In this document: piece after piece, positions 16,148 through 24,416 of the stretch
Layout of the letters: every line of letters begins with the position of its first letter
Numbering within the stretch: position 1 is the first letter of the stretch
IMG/VR virus record: IMGVR_UViG_3300029746_000018
From: a virus
Length of the DNA stretch: 41,266 nt
Direction: 5' to 3' (one strand)
The notes under the pieces: model-generated
Databases searched by the model: none
What the model saw: the letters and a program-made list of their open reading frames with translations, nothing else
What the model was told of the DNA's origin: nothing
Translations under genes and position numbers: made by a program

Positions 16148-17012
16148 TGTTTACCTCAATACCTGTAATTTCTTTGAATATCTTTGCATCAAAATTCGGA
16201 ATCTCTTGTATAATTTTTTTATCCTTTTCTGACGTTTTTCCCCACCAATTCGCCCATGCTTCTTTCATAGTGTATTCTTTCAGATAACCACCAATCATTT
16301 CTTTTTCTGGGTCAGCTTTCTTTTCTTCTTCGGTGTATGGAATCCATTCTGTCAGCATGAACGGAGCACTGCATAATGCTTCATAGTATCTGCTTCTGTA
16401 GAAATCTCGCAGGCTCATTCCGGACGGTCGATTGAATATTCTAATATTCATATCCGGCTCGGTACAAAACACACCGTTAGAACCGTCGCATGTGTTCCCG
16501 TATCCTGTGTTCCCGTATCCTGTGTTCCAGTCGCCTGTGTTCCTGTCGCCTGTGTTCCTGTATCCTGTGTTCCCGTATCCTGTGTTCCCGTATCCTGTGT
16601 TCCTGTTGCCTGTGTTCCTGTCGCCTGTGTTCCAGTCGCCTGTGTTCCTGTATCCTGTGTTCCTGTCGCCTGTGTTCCTGTTGCCTGTGTTGAATAGTCC
16701 AGTATTTCCGTTTACCATGCCTTTCATAGCAGCTAATTCATTGCCCGTAATCTCACGGACAATCTTAATATGGTCACTTCCGCATTTCTCTCCGTCTGTC
16801 ACTTCTTCTCCTAAAACATCGATTTCAAAAAATCTGTTCAGTTCCTTGCAAGAATAGTGTTCGTGTACTTGTTGTAGACTGTCGCAATAGTGGAAAACCG
16901 TATCGCTGCACAATTCCAACGGCTTTCCGTCATGTTCTATTTTGTACTCTTTGCCGATTTCAAACTGAAAGCCTCGGCATTTCATATCTTTATCCATTCC
17001 TTTAATTTTCAT
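16128..17012 (-). CDS. NTGxx pentad-repeat (beta-solenoid-like) protein
   Basis: 294 aa with 15 consecutive xxNTG pentads (residues about 103-177), flanked by Cys-containing N- and C-terminal domains. Confidence 0.6.
   Translation of the reverse strand: MKIKGMDKDMKCRGFQFEIGKEYKIEHDGKPLELCSDTVFHYCDSLQQVHEHYSCKELNRFFEIDVLGEEVTDGEKCGSDHIKIVREITGNELAAMKGMVNGNTGLFNTGNRNTGDRNTGYRNTGDWNTGDRNTGNRNTGYGNTGYGNTGYRNTGDRNTGDWNTGYGNTGYGNTCDGSNGVFCTEPDMNIRIFNRPSGMSLRDFYRSRYYEALCSAPFMLTEWIPYTEEEKKADPEKEMIGGYLKEYTMKEAWANWWGKTSEKDKKIIQEIPNFDAKIFKEITGIEVNNDTEKE
16491..16691. repeat. 15-bp-period tandem repeat (coding, encodes the NTGxx pentads)
   Basis: Units of tgtgttcc(c/t)g(t/c)..cc repeat about 13 times, in frame within the 294-aa ORF. 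Confidence 0.9.
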
Positions 17013-17293
17013 TGTTTACCTCCGTAATTGACCTGCATCCTGTTTAGGTCTTTGATATCTTCGTAAATCGCCAATATCTCGTCTCTGATTTCCCGAAACG
17101 GTATCTTTGCGGCAATCTTCGGCGTTTCTTCAATCTTCCATCTAGCCCCGTCTTTATGCCGTAGTATTGCAAACTCTTCACCGTCCATTATGTAAATAGT
17201 CTGACTGTCTGCAATGCTTTGTACGGCGTAAAAATCGAAGTTGGTTAAGTATGTGTTCCAGTCCCGCCGGCACTTGAATTTATAACGTTTCAT
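17009..17293 (-). CDS. hypothetical protein
   Basis: 94 aa. ATGA overlap with the downstream gene. Confidence 0.5.
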   Translation of the reverse strand: MKRYKFKCRRDWNTYLTNFDFYAVQSIADSQTIYIMDGEEFAILRHKDGARWKIEETPKIAAKIPFREIRDEILAIYEDIKDLNRMQVNYGGKQ

Positions 17294-17435
17294 TCTCCCA
17301 CCATTTACAAACTATACAAGCATCATGCGGAAAATCTCCTACCATCGGACAATCTCCGTTACAACAAACCTCGTCTTCCAACCATTTGCATTTTGGGTCT
17401 TCCGGCTTTTCTGCGCCTGTTTCTCTTCTGCTCAT
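17280..17435 (-). CDS. 51-aa Cys-rich protein (below the ORF-track cutoff)
   Basis: My translation is MSRRETGAEKPEDPKCKWLEDEVCCNGDCPMVGDFPHDACIVCKWWENETL. It fills the gap between the methyltransferase gene and the 94-aa gene. Confidence 0.4.
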   Translation of the reverse strand: MSRRETGAEKPEDPKCKWLEDEVCCNGDCPMVGDFPHDACIVCKWWENETL

Positions 17436-17438
17436 TGT

Positions 17439-18269
17439 TTACATCTCCATTTCAATCTGCGGGTCTTCCGGAAGCACAAGCATTCTGTTTTTCGCTTCGT
17501 TGTAAAAATTTCTGTCGATTTCAAATCCGTATGCGCTTCTTCCGAGTTCCATTGCTGCCCTTAGCGTAGATCCGCTGCCGCAACATGGATCTATGACTAC
17601 ATCTCCTGGATCAGTGAATGTCTCTATTAGTTTTTTTAGAATCTTCACCGGCTTTTGCGCTGGGTGAATCTTTGGAATTTCTTTTCCGTCTTTCTCCCAC
17701 GTGAACCAGTTAAACACCATTTTTCCAGTTCCTCTGATGTTCTTTCCGTTTTCGTCAACCTGTAATCCGTTTCTGAATTTCGGCAGCTTATCTCTGTATA
17801 AAAGCAATGCGTATTCCGTTGCTCCAACCACGCGCATATTCGCCTTTAACACCTGCGGAGAATAATTCTTAATAAACACAAGCGGAATGTAGTTTTTGAA
17901 TCCGTGTTTCTTTGCCGCGTCTATCAGCGTTGCTTGTTGCTCAAACGAACAAAACACGATCATGCAAGGACTGTTGCTGCTCCTGCCTCTGCTCTGTTTT
18001 CCTGTGTCGTCTTTCCTCATCATTTTGTGGCAAAAGTGGAAATATTCATACAGGTTGAAGTTAAAGTCTGAATTGAACGCAGACTTTCCGGCAAGCTTGC
18101 TTTCGCCGTTTTTGTTATCACCACCCTTGTACCACATCGGGTTACTTCCGTAAAAGTTATTGCCTACGTTATACGGCACGTCTGCAATAATCAGTTGTGC
18201 CGGTGGTATTGAATATTTCTTGTAATTTTGCATTGAATCTCTATAAATCTCGCACTTAACCTTTTTCAC
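17439..18269 (-). CDS. DNA methyltransferase (beta-class N6A/N4C type), no cognate nuclease nearby
   Basis: Motif IV-like IIADVPYN lies upstream of motif I VIDPCCGSGSTLRAA. Confidence 0.75.
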   Translation of the reverse strand: MKKVKCEIYRDSMQNYKKYSIPPAQLIIADVPYNVGNNFYGSNPMWYKGGDNKNGESKLAGKSAFNSDFNFNLYEYFHFCHKMMRKDDTGKQSRGRSSNSPCMIVFCSFEQQATLIDAAKKHGFKNYIPLVFIKNYSPQVLKANMRVVGATEYALLLYRDKLPKFRNGLQVDENGKNIRGTGKMVFNWFTWEKDGKEIPKIHPAQKPVKILKKLIETFTDPGDVVIDPCCGSGSTLRAAMELGRSAYGFEIDRNFYNEAKNRMLVLPEDPQIEMEM

Positions 18270-18999
18270 ATTTCAACATCCTTTCCATCTCCGTAAAATC
18301 GTCTTTGATTTTTTTTCGACGCATAGATACGCCGCTGACCTCTACCGGGTGGCATCGTTCCAATATTCTGTCATAAATTCTTCCGGATCCAATGTTGTCC
18401 GGCTTTTTCAGTTCGCTTGATGTCAGATTCGTTGTGACAATCATCGGCAGTCCGGACAAGTACCTTGAATCTATGATGTTGAATACTTGCTCTTGCATAT
18501 ACTCTGTGTTTCTCTCCGCTCCAAGGTCGTCCAGCATCAGAAGCGCATACCTGTTTAGGCTGTCTATGTACTCTTTTCGTCCGTCAAACGACGCTTGAAG
18601 CTGATTGATGATTGTTGCAAAATTTGTCATCAGGACTTTATAACCTTGGTCTATTAGCTTATTTGCAATACAAGCTGCCAAATGGCTTTTTCCGGTCCCT
18701 ACGTTTCCATAAAGCAGCAATCCTTTACCCATTTTCGCAAGGTCACGAAAATGATCTGCATAGTTTCTGGCAATTTGCATGTACCTGGAATCGTCGGAAT
18801 TTTCAAACGTGCAGTTTTTTAGGCTTGAACCGTTGAAGCATATCATTCTGTTTCGTTCGCGTTCTGCTTTTGCTTCGCGTTCTTCTCTCTCTTGGAGTTC
18901 CTTTTTCCTGCAAGAGCAAATGCAGCTTATTTTCTGCCTAGCCCCCAAAACCGTAATCTCGTACTCTAGCGGCTCTCCGCATTTTTCGCATTTTTTCAC
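18256..18999 (-). CDS. DnaC/IstB-like AAA+ helicase loader
   Basis: Walker A LYGNVGTGKSHL and Walker B LLMLDDLGAE, plus an N-terminal Cys-rich zinc module. Confidence 0.75.
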   Translation of the reverse strand: MKKCEKCGEPLEYEITVLGARQKISCICSCRKKELQEREEREAKAERERNRMICFNGSSLKNCTFENSDDSRYMQIARNYADHFRDLAKMGKGLLLYGNVGTGKSHLAACIANKLIDQGYKVLMTNFATIINQLQASFDGRKEYIDSLNRYALLMLDDLGAERNTEYMQEQVFNIIDSRYLSGLPMIVTTNLTSSELKKPDNIGSGRIYDRILERCHPVEVSGVSMRRKKIKDDFTEMERMLKCEKG

Positions 19000-19008
19000 G
19001 CCGTCCTC

Positions 19009-19716
19009 CTAGAACAAGTCGTCTAAGTCATCAGTAACAGGTGTTTCGCAGAAACCTCTCTGCGTTCTTGTAGGGTGGCGAACATTCTCAGCCGTTCCCT
19101 GTCTCTCCCACGTTCTGACCGCCGCTTGCCAGTTTTTCATTTTGTTCCGTCCTACCATCCAACCGTTCGCTGTGTAATAATCAACAAACCGCTGTGCATC
19201 TACGTTGTTGTTTCGTTCTGCGCAATAGGCTTGCACCTCTTCTAGGGTAGGTGCAACAAATCCCTCACGCGCGCGCGCGTTTTTGTTATTATTATTATTA
19301 AATAACTTGTTATCATTGTTGTTTGTGTCCGCAGACTGTCCTTTTGCTGTCCTTTCAATGTCCTTTTGCTGTCCTTTTTCAGACGCTATATCGTTGTATA
19401 ATGCGTAATTTTCAAGCACTATGACTGTCCTGTTTGCTGTCCTTTTACTGGTCAACATACTGTCCCGTTTTAGTAGGTCTATGAAATCTCGGACTTTGTG
19501 TCTGCTCCACCCCCAACGTTCCGCCAATGCAGTTATGCTTGTTGTGACTGTCCCCCTTTCATAGGTTACAATTTCGTTATTTACTGGTGCTTTTGTTTCT
19601 TCGTGATTAGCTAGCAGAATTAAATCAATCCACGCCCTGGCTTTATCAAATGGTCTATCTTTCCATAGCCAATGATCTTGAATCTGCCGGCTAATCGGAA
19701 CCCATCCCTTGCTCAT
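19009..19716 (-). CDS. DnaD-like replisome organiser / replication initiation protein
   Basis: N-terminal wHTH-like segment (WVPISRQIQDHWLWKD..AWIDLILLANH). C-terminal segment EEVQAYCAERNNNVDAQRFVDYYTANGW is typical of phage DnaD-domain proteins. Lies upstream of the loader gene. Confidence 0.6.
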   Translation of the reverse strand: MSKGWVPISRQIQDHWLWKDRPFDKARAWIDLILLANHEETKAPVNNEIVTYERGTVTTSITALAERWGWSRHKVRDFIDLLKRDSMLTSKRTANRTVIVLENYALYNDIASEKGQQKDIERTAKGQSADTNNNDNKLFNNNNNKNARAREGFVAPTLEEVQAYCAERNNNVDAQRFVDYYTANGWMVGRNKMKNWQAAVRTWERQGTAENVRHPTRTQRGFCETPVTDDLDDLF

Positions 19717-20119
19717 TTATATCTACCTCGATTCTCGGATTCCTCGCATCAACGAAGAATTCATCAGTGAAGCCGATTACGCATCGCCAACCATCAGCCT
19801 CGATCGTTCCGGAAGATACTAGAGCATCCAAAATGAATTTTTTCGCAAAGCAGATGTTGTCTAAATCTCTTTTGCGGTTCGGCTCGTACCACCGAAAGTT
19901 TAACTTCACTTTCCCGCGGAAACGTCCGATTTTCTGCTTGCCGATATATGTCAGAATCAACGTTTCCGTTTTATTTTTCATCTGCGCTCCGACGAATTTA
20001 TTCGTTCTGCAAGCCTTTGTGTAATCGTTCAGCCCTGCCAGTTTTCCGTAGATGATTAGCGTTCTTTTCCTCGGATCTCTTACTGTATGATATTCTTCCT
20101 CGCTGTGTCCTACGTTCAT
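19691..20119 (-). CDS. RusA-like Holliday-junction resolvase (putative)
   Basis: RDLDNICFAKKFILDALVSSGTIEADGW resembles the RusA D-D-N..K..D core. Sits in the recombination/replication module. Confidence 0.4.
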   Translation of the reverse strand: MNVGHSEEEYHTVRDPRKRTLIIYGKLAGLNDYTKACRTNKFVGAQMKNKTETLILTYIGKQKIGRFRGKVKLNFRWYEPNRKRDLDNICFAKKFILDALVSSGTIEADGWRCVIGFTDEFFVDARNPRIEVDINEQGMGSD

Positions 20120-20128
20120 GTCTCTCCT

Positions 20129-20527
20129 CTAAAATGGTACATCCTCGTCCAGTGCCTCAAAGCCTTCCGGAACAGTCTCTGAACGGCTCTCTTTTGCGTT
20201 CTCGCCGTTTTTTTCGCCCCATTCGAGGAATTCAACGTTATCCGCAATTACGTCTGTGGTATAGTGCTTTACACCGTCCTTTTCGTAGCTTCCTGTTTGC
20301 AGTCTGCCTTGCACTGCGACCTTTCTTCCCTTGGCAAGGAATTTTTCGCAGTTCTCGGCAGTCTTGCCGAAGCAGATAATGTTCGGAAAATCTGTTTTCT
20401 TTTCCTCGCCCTGCTTCACTCTGCGGTCGATTGCCAAGGTGAAGCGGCATACTGCCATCTGCGAGCCGGATGTGTATCTCAACTCCGGTTCTCTAACAAG
20501 CCTGCCAATCAGAATTACGTTATTCAT
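20129..20527 (-). CDS. ssb: single-stranded DNA-binding protein
   Basis: OB-fold N-terminus MNNVILIGRLVREPELRYT and an acidic tail ending DEDVPF. Confidence 0.9.
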   Translation of the reverse strand: MNNVILIGRLVREPELRYTSGSQMAVCRFTLAIDRRVKQGEEKKTDFPNIICFGKTAENCEKFLAKGRKVAVQGRLQTGSYEKDGVKHYTTDVIADNVEFLEWGEKNGENAKESRSETVPEGFEALDEDVPF

Positions 20528-20802
20528 AGATAGTTCCTCCCGAAAATTCTAATAAAATCTTCTCTTGTGTGTGTTTCTTCAAATTTAGCCTGCGCCATTT
20601 CTTTTAGCTTCAGATCTAAGCCCTTGTCAAAGTGTGCGCCCCGATCTCCTGTGTGATGCCGGAGGCAAAGCCATACAGTTAAGCCGTACTTATCAGCCTG
20701 TCTTCGGTTTGATGTTCCGTATAACACATGATGCAGCTGTAAATCTTGTGTAGTCCGGCACACAAAGCATTCTTTTGTGTCTTGCAAAATTGATTTAGCC
20801 AT
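20524..20802 (-). CDS. HNH-like zinc-finger nuclease-family protein (putative)
   Basis: Track ORF trimmed to MAKSILQ (GGGGG RBS). Contains CFVC..LHHVLYG..NRRQADKYGL..LCLRHH. Confidence 0.4.
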   Translation of the reverse strand: MAKSILQDTKECFVCRTTQDLQLHHVLYGTSNRRQADKYGLTVWLCLRHHTGDRGAHFDKGLDLKLKEMAQAKFEETHTREDFIRIFGRNYL

Positions 20803-21118
20803 TTGAGTGCCCCCATTCTCTTGAAATCTGACCGTCAATAATTCTGATTTGCAACTTGATCGAATTGATCGCCTCTTGGTTTGCCTTATAGGTGGCTTCT
20901 GCAATATCTCGCTTAAATCTTGCTTCTGCTACCGCAGGAATACCATAAGCGGTCTTGTCAATCATTCCGATTGCCATGCCATCATCGCGAAGTTTCAGGC
21001 ACTCTTGCCGAAGCAAAACCTTATAGTCTCGCTCCGCTTCTGCATATGCCGTACCTGTCTTTCGAAGCATTTTGATTGACGTGTCAAGCTGCTGTGTTTT
21101 GGTTTGAAGTTCGTTCAT
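20795..21118 (-). CDS. coiled-coil hypothetical protein
   Basis: Track ORF (TTG start inside the upstream gene) trimmed to ATG 21118, MNELQTKTQQ. Confidence 0.4.
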   Translation of the reverse strand: MNELQTKTQQLDTSIKMLRKTGTAYAEAERDYKVLLRQECLKLRDDGMAIGMIDKTAYGIPAVAEARFKRDIAEATYKANQEAINSIKLQIRIIDGQISREWGHSNG

Positions 21119-21132
21119 TAAATCGAATCCGT

Positions 21133-22032
21133 TCACTTTTTCCCTGCGGTGATTCTCACATATCCCGCCTTGCCTTTCTTGGTTACTTCCTCGCAATACT
21201 TTTCGTAAAGTTTAGGGTGTTCTTCTTTGAATTGCTTTTCGTTGAATTTTTTCTCTGTGGTCTGTTCTCCGTCCGGAACAAGCGTTATCTTTGTTCCGCT
21301 TGGTCTCGTCCACGTCTTGATGTTGTACTTTTCCATGCCTGCCTTAAGGCTTTCCTTTGCGTCCTTGTACTCTTTTTCGATTGCCTTATAGATTTCAATT
21401 TGCGATTCTAAAATGAATACTTTATCCGCAATCTCAACAATCTCTTTCGGTTGGAATTCTTCTTCTGTCGTGAATGGATTTTCCATCAGTCTCATCCAGT
21501 CTGACCGGAAGCGTTCAACCTCTTCTTTGATGTGTTCTATGTATGCGGAATAGTCAGATTTTTTAATGTCGTAAAGCGTAAGCCTATTTGAATCGAATTC
21601 TTCGTCGAAGTCTTTCGGTCTCTCATACACCGCCAAAATTCCGTTTTCATATCCGTACATTTCAATTCCCATAAGCAGTTGGCAAAGGTAATAGTCGTAA
21701 TCTTTGACATCCTCATGGATTCTGGAAGTGGTCTTTATTTCAAGAACCATTCCCTTGTCATAGTCCACGCCATCAGCGTGGTATCTAAGATAGCCATTTA
21801 TGATTTTTCCCTCAACGAAATTCGTCGAACATTGATCGTTAATATAGGCTCGGATTTTAGGCTCGAGTTCATTTCCGTATTCCGTATAGACGTTTCCGGT
21901 AAAAGACGGTTCCTCAACTCCGGCTTTTTCTTTCAGAGGCTGCCAACGGGTCTTGAATTTAGAGATATTCAGAATCGCCGCGATGTCGCTGCCGCCGATG
22001 TATTTATCTCTATCCTTTGTTACGTCCTGCAT
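21133..22032 (-). CDS. YqaJ/lambda-Exo-type recombination exonuclease
   Basis: The N-terminal KYIGGSDIAAILNISKFKTRW signature is present. Paired with an SSAP gene. Confidence 0.7.
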   Translation of the reverse strand: MQDVTKDRDKYIGGSDIAAILNISKFKTRWQPLKEKAGVEEPSFTGNVYTEYGNELEPKIRAYINDQCSTNFVEGKIINGYLRYHADGVDYDKGMVLEIKTTSRIHEDVKDYDYYLCQLLMGIEMYGYENGILAVYERPKDFDEEFDSNRLTLYDIKKSDYSAYIEHIKEEVERFRSDWMRLMENPFTTEEEFQPKEIVEIADKVFILESQIEIYKAIEKEYKDAKESLKAGMEKYNIKTWTRPSGTKITLVPDGEQTTEKKFNEKQFKEEHPKLYEKYCEEVTKKGKAGYVRITAGKK

Positions 22033-22646
22033 TATTTACCCTCCAAATCTTTCAGAACCTCCGCGAAACGTTCTTCTGTTGTTGATCCGTTCAAGCCGTA
22101 ATCTTTTGCCACTTCGGCAAATGATAAACCGCTTTCCTTTAAGTAGATAATCAGTTTTTCGCGATAAGTTAATGTTTTTGCTTTTAATGTAGCTTCTTGA
22201 TTCTCTTTTTTGCTGTCATTGTATTTTGTGTTGTCTTTGTTCCAGTAGACATCCGCACCGATTCCGAGGGATTTGCAAGCGACGGAGATAGCGTCCGTCA
22301 GAGCCATTTTGTAGCATTCATCGTTCACATACAGCCCATTCTTTTCATTCGCTACAAGCATTGAGCCGCCGATTCCCACAATCGGTTTGCTCCATTCGTC
22401 GCCTTGCTTAACATAAAGGTTTATTTTTACATTCGCTGTAATCTCGTCTTTCGCCATTGCCGTCTCAAGCCACTGGTCTACAATTTCGTAATACCATCCG
22501 AAGCCGCAGACCCCAAATGCTTCGGTGAGTGTTTTGATTCGCCACATTGGATTGATGTCAGTCATTCCTTTAAGTCTGCCGCCGCCGATGTTTTTCTTTG
22601 CTGTTTCCGGCACCTTGCGGAACTTTTCGTATAATTCAAGATTCAT
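22032..22646 (-). CDS. Rad52/Sak-like single-strand annealing protein (putative)
   Basis: GGGRLKGMTDINPMWRIKTLTEAFGVCGFGWYYEI resembles Rad52-type SSAPs. Located immediately upstream of the exonuclease gene. Confidence 0.5.
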   Translation of the reverse strand: MNLELYEKFRKVPETAKKNIGGGRLKGMTDINPMWRIKTLTEAFGVCGFGWYYEIVDQWLETAMAKDEITANVKINLYVKQGDEWSKPIVGIGGSMLVANEKNGLYVNDECYKMALTDAISVACKSLGIGADVYWNKDNTKYNDSKKENQEATLKAKTLTYREKLIIYLKESGLSFAEVAKDYGLNGSTTEERFAEVLKDLEGK

Positions 22647-22720
22647 CGTATATATCCATCCTTTCCTTGTTGCTGTCTAAGCAATCTTGGCAAATTAGAT
22701 TCTTGCCAAACCAGTATCCG
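22643..22720 (-). pseudogene. degenerate duplicate of the 3' end of the zinc-ribbon gene 23027..23227
   Basis: 78 nt align with 23031..23108 with 7 mismatches (offset 388). The frame reads ..GYWFGKNLICQDCLDSNKERMDIYDES. It has no start codon, and stops lie upstream. Confidence 0.7.
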
Positions 22721-22836
22721 AATTCACTTTGGGGCTTTCAGTTCCTTTTGAATTTTTATTAGTTTATTCATGTTCGTTCTCCTCGACAAAGTTTTTAATT
22801 ATTATTTGAAGTAACTTTTCTGCGTTCCTTACGAAG

Positions 22837-23034
22837 TTATTTCAATTTTTTTATGAGCTGTTCGTCTGTATTTTTTGAGTAATCGCAGATCGTTTGCAAC
22901 ATGGCATCAAAGATTTCCTCCGTTACCTCTTCCTTAAGTTCACATCTGAGCGCTCTAGTTATGAGTTCTAACTCGCAGAACAGATCGATTGCGTTTCCTC
23001 TAAGTTTAACGATTTCGTTTTTAGCTTTAATCAT
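22837..23034 (-). CDS. hypothetical protein (between the two repeat copies)
   Basis: 65 aa, helical and acidic. Confidence 0.45.
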   Translation of the reverse strand: MIKAKNEIVKLRGNAIDLFCELELITRALRCELKEEVTEEIFDAMLQTICDYSKNTDEQLIKKLK

Positions 23035-23227
23035 CGTATGTATCCATCCTTTCCTTGTTGCTGTCTAGGCAGTCTTGGCAGATTAGCTTCTTTCCGAACC
23101 AGTATCCGTAATCGCTACGGATATGTTCGCCGCATTCAGAGCAGATTGGTCTGTTATCGTATGCGTGGGCTTTTTCGTATTCCCATCGCTCTGCATCGGA
23201 AGCGGGGCTATCTGATCTCCATATCAT
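23027..23227 (-). CDS. small zinc-ribbon protein
   Basis: 66 aa. Contains CSECGEH..(17 aa)..CQDC. Confidence 0.55.
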   Translation of the reverse strand: MIWRSDSPASDAERWEYEKAHAYDNRPICSECGEHIRSDYGYWFGKKLICQDCLDSNKERMDTYDD

Positions 23228-23568
23228 TTTCTGTCACCGTCCATTTTCTGCAGCATGTGGTTCATGTTACGAATTCTAGCAGTAATGCTGTCGCGCCATC
23301 TGCGGTACTGTTTTTCGTTCTCTGCGTAGAAATAGCCGCCCTTTTCATGTGCGATGATACGTTCGCCGTTGTGTCTAAGAACCTCAATCACAAGCCTTGC
23401 TGTCCTGTCGTCAACATCTAAGTGCCTTGCCAGTTTTTTACGCGTCACTGGATTCTGCTCGTTAGCAGACTTAATCAGTGTCATAGCTTGACTTTCTAGT
23501 GATTGTCTGTTATAGTTTTCTTGGTTATTTTGGAATTGCCCCTCGTTGGCGTTCCTTTTTTTATTCAT
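23224..23568 (-). CDS. winged-helix DNA-binding protein
   Basis: VTRKKLARHLDVDDRTARLVIEVLRHNGERII is a DeoR/wHTH-like segment. Confidence 0.45.
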   Translation of the reverse strand: MNKKRNANEGQFQNNQENYNRQSLESQAMTLIKSANEQNPVTRKKLARHLDVDDRTARLVIEVLRHNGERIIAHEKGGYFYAENEKQYRRWRDSITARIRNMNHMLQKMDGDRK

Positions 23569-24088
23569 TTCTCACCTCTACTTCTAAGCGTTTGGCACCA
23601 TGTTTTACAGCATCTTCGTGACTGTCAAAGTAAATGTCTATGACGTTTCCCTTGACTGCTGAACCAGTGTCTTGTGCTGTATAAACAGTGTCTCCGATTC
23701 TGACCTCTGTACCGAATGGGATAACCGAAGTATCAACAGCGATTGTCTTGCCCGCTTCGGCTACTTCGCCGGATGCTGTATAGACGATGCCGTTCGGTCT
23801 GTTATCAGCCCATACTCCGCAGCACTTCCGGCAGCTACAATATGCTGTTACCTTGAACTCTCCAAGAGTTTTCCATTCTTGTTTAGGTTCTTGTTTTAAC
23901 TCACGTTTTAACTCACGTTTTAACTCGACTTGGTGAGTTACATGTGATTTAGACTGTGCTTCCTCTAGGTCATCATGTCCGGCAAAGCCAAGCATCGTTA
24001 TGATTGCAGCCGTTGCCAAGATACCGCCTAAAGGCTTTTTGATTTTGTCTATGGCGCCTAAGATGCCGCCGCCTGTTTTTCTGTACAT
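23561..24088 (-). CDS. membrane-anchored 3D-domain (MltA/RlpA-like) cell-wall hydrolase
   Basis: N-terminal TM helix, an ELKR repeat linker, then KVTAYCSCRKCCG..TIAVD..YTAQDTGSAVKGNVIDIYF, which is typical of 3D domains. Confidence 0.65.
   Translation of the reverse strand: MYRKTGGGILGAIDKIKKPLGGILATAAIITMLGFAGHDDLEEAQSKSHVTHQVELKRELKRELKQEPKQEWKTLGEFKVTAYCSCRKCCGVWADNRPNGIVYTASGEVAEAGKTIAVDTSVIPFGTEVRIGDTVYTAQDTGSAVKGNVIDIYFDSHEDAVKHGAKRLEVEVRNE
23893..23928. repeat. 12-bp x3 tandem repeat (coding, ELKR linker)
   Basis: gttttaactcac occurs twice, followed by gttttaactcga. Confidence 0.85.
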
Positions 24089-24170
24089 TTTGCCTCCAGC
24101 TGCAGAATCACTTCTGCAATCGCTTTTTCTAGTTTTGGGGTTCTCTTGATTTCCCCATGAATAACTACCA

Positions 24171-24371
24171 TTACTCTTTCCTTTCCCGAAGCAGCGTGTT
24201 AACTGTTACGCCTAAAACGTCAGCGACCTTTTGCAGGGTTGAAATAGTCGGTTCGCTTTTTGATTCCCATTTTCCAATATGACCTCTTGCAAGACCTGAT
24301 TGACGTTCCAACTCCGAAATCGAAATGCCGCGCTTTTTGGCGTAGTACCTAATGTTTTCGTAAATCATCAT
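24171..24371 (-). CDS. Cro-like XRE-family HTH regulator
   Basis: 66 aa. The HTH segment is ISISELERQSGLARGHIGKWE. AGGAG RBS. Confidence 0.7.
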   Translation of the reverse strand: MMIYENIRYYAKKRGISISELERQSGLARGHIGKWESKSEPTISTLQKVADVLGVTVNTLLRERKE

Positions 24372-24390
24372 TTCTCCTTTCGTAATTTTT

Positions 24391-24399
24391 TGCTATAAT
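24391..24399 (+). promoter_or_regulatory. extended -10 promoter TGcTATAAT for the 103-aa gene
   Basis: Perfect TATAAT with an upstream TG, placed in the 45-bp gap between the divergent starts. Confidence 0.5.
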
Positions 24400-24416
24400 G
24401 CTTTTGAGGTGATAAC

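Noticed and set aside
16491-16691. Regular 15-bp repeats that at first glance resemble a CRISPR array or a satellite
   Set aside because: There are no unique spacers. The repeats are contiguous and in frame inside a 294-aa ORF, where they encode the NTGxx pentads. The plus-strand ORFs over them (16432..16857, 16490..16693) are repeat shadows.
24058-24171. Possible 37-codon ORF (MVVIHGEIKRTPKLEKAIAEVILQLEAK..) filling the gap between the Cro-like and 3D-domain genes
   Set aside because: It starts by TAATG overlap with the Cro-like stop, but it has no clear RBS of its own and it overlaps the 3D-domain gene start. It is too weak to call as a feature and is worth checking only with ribosome profiling.
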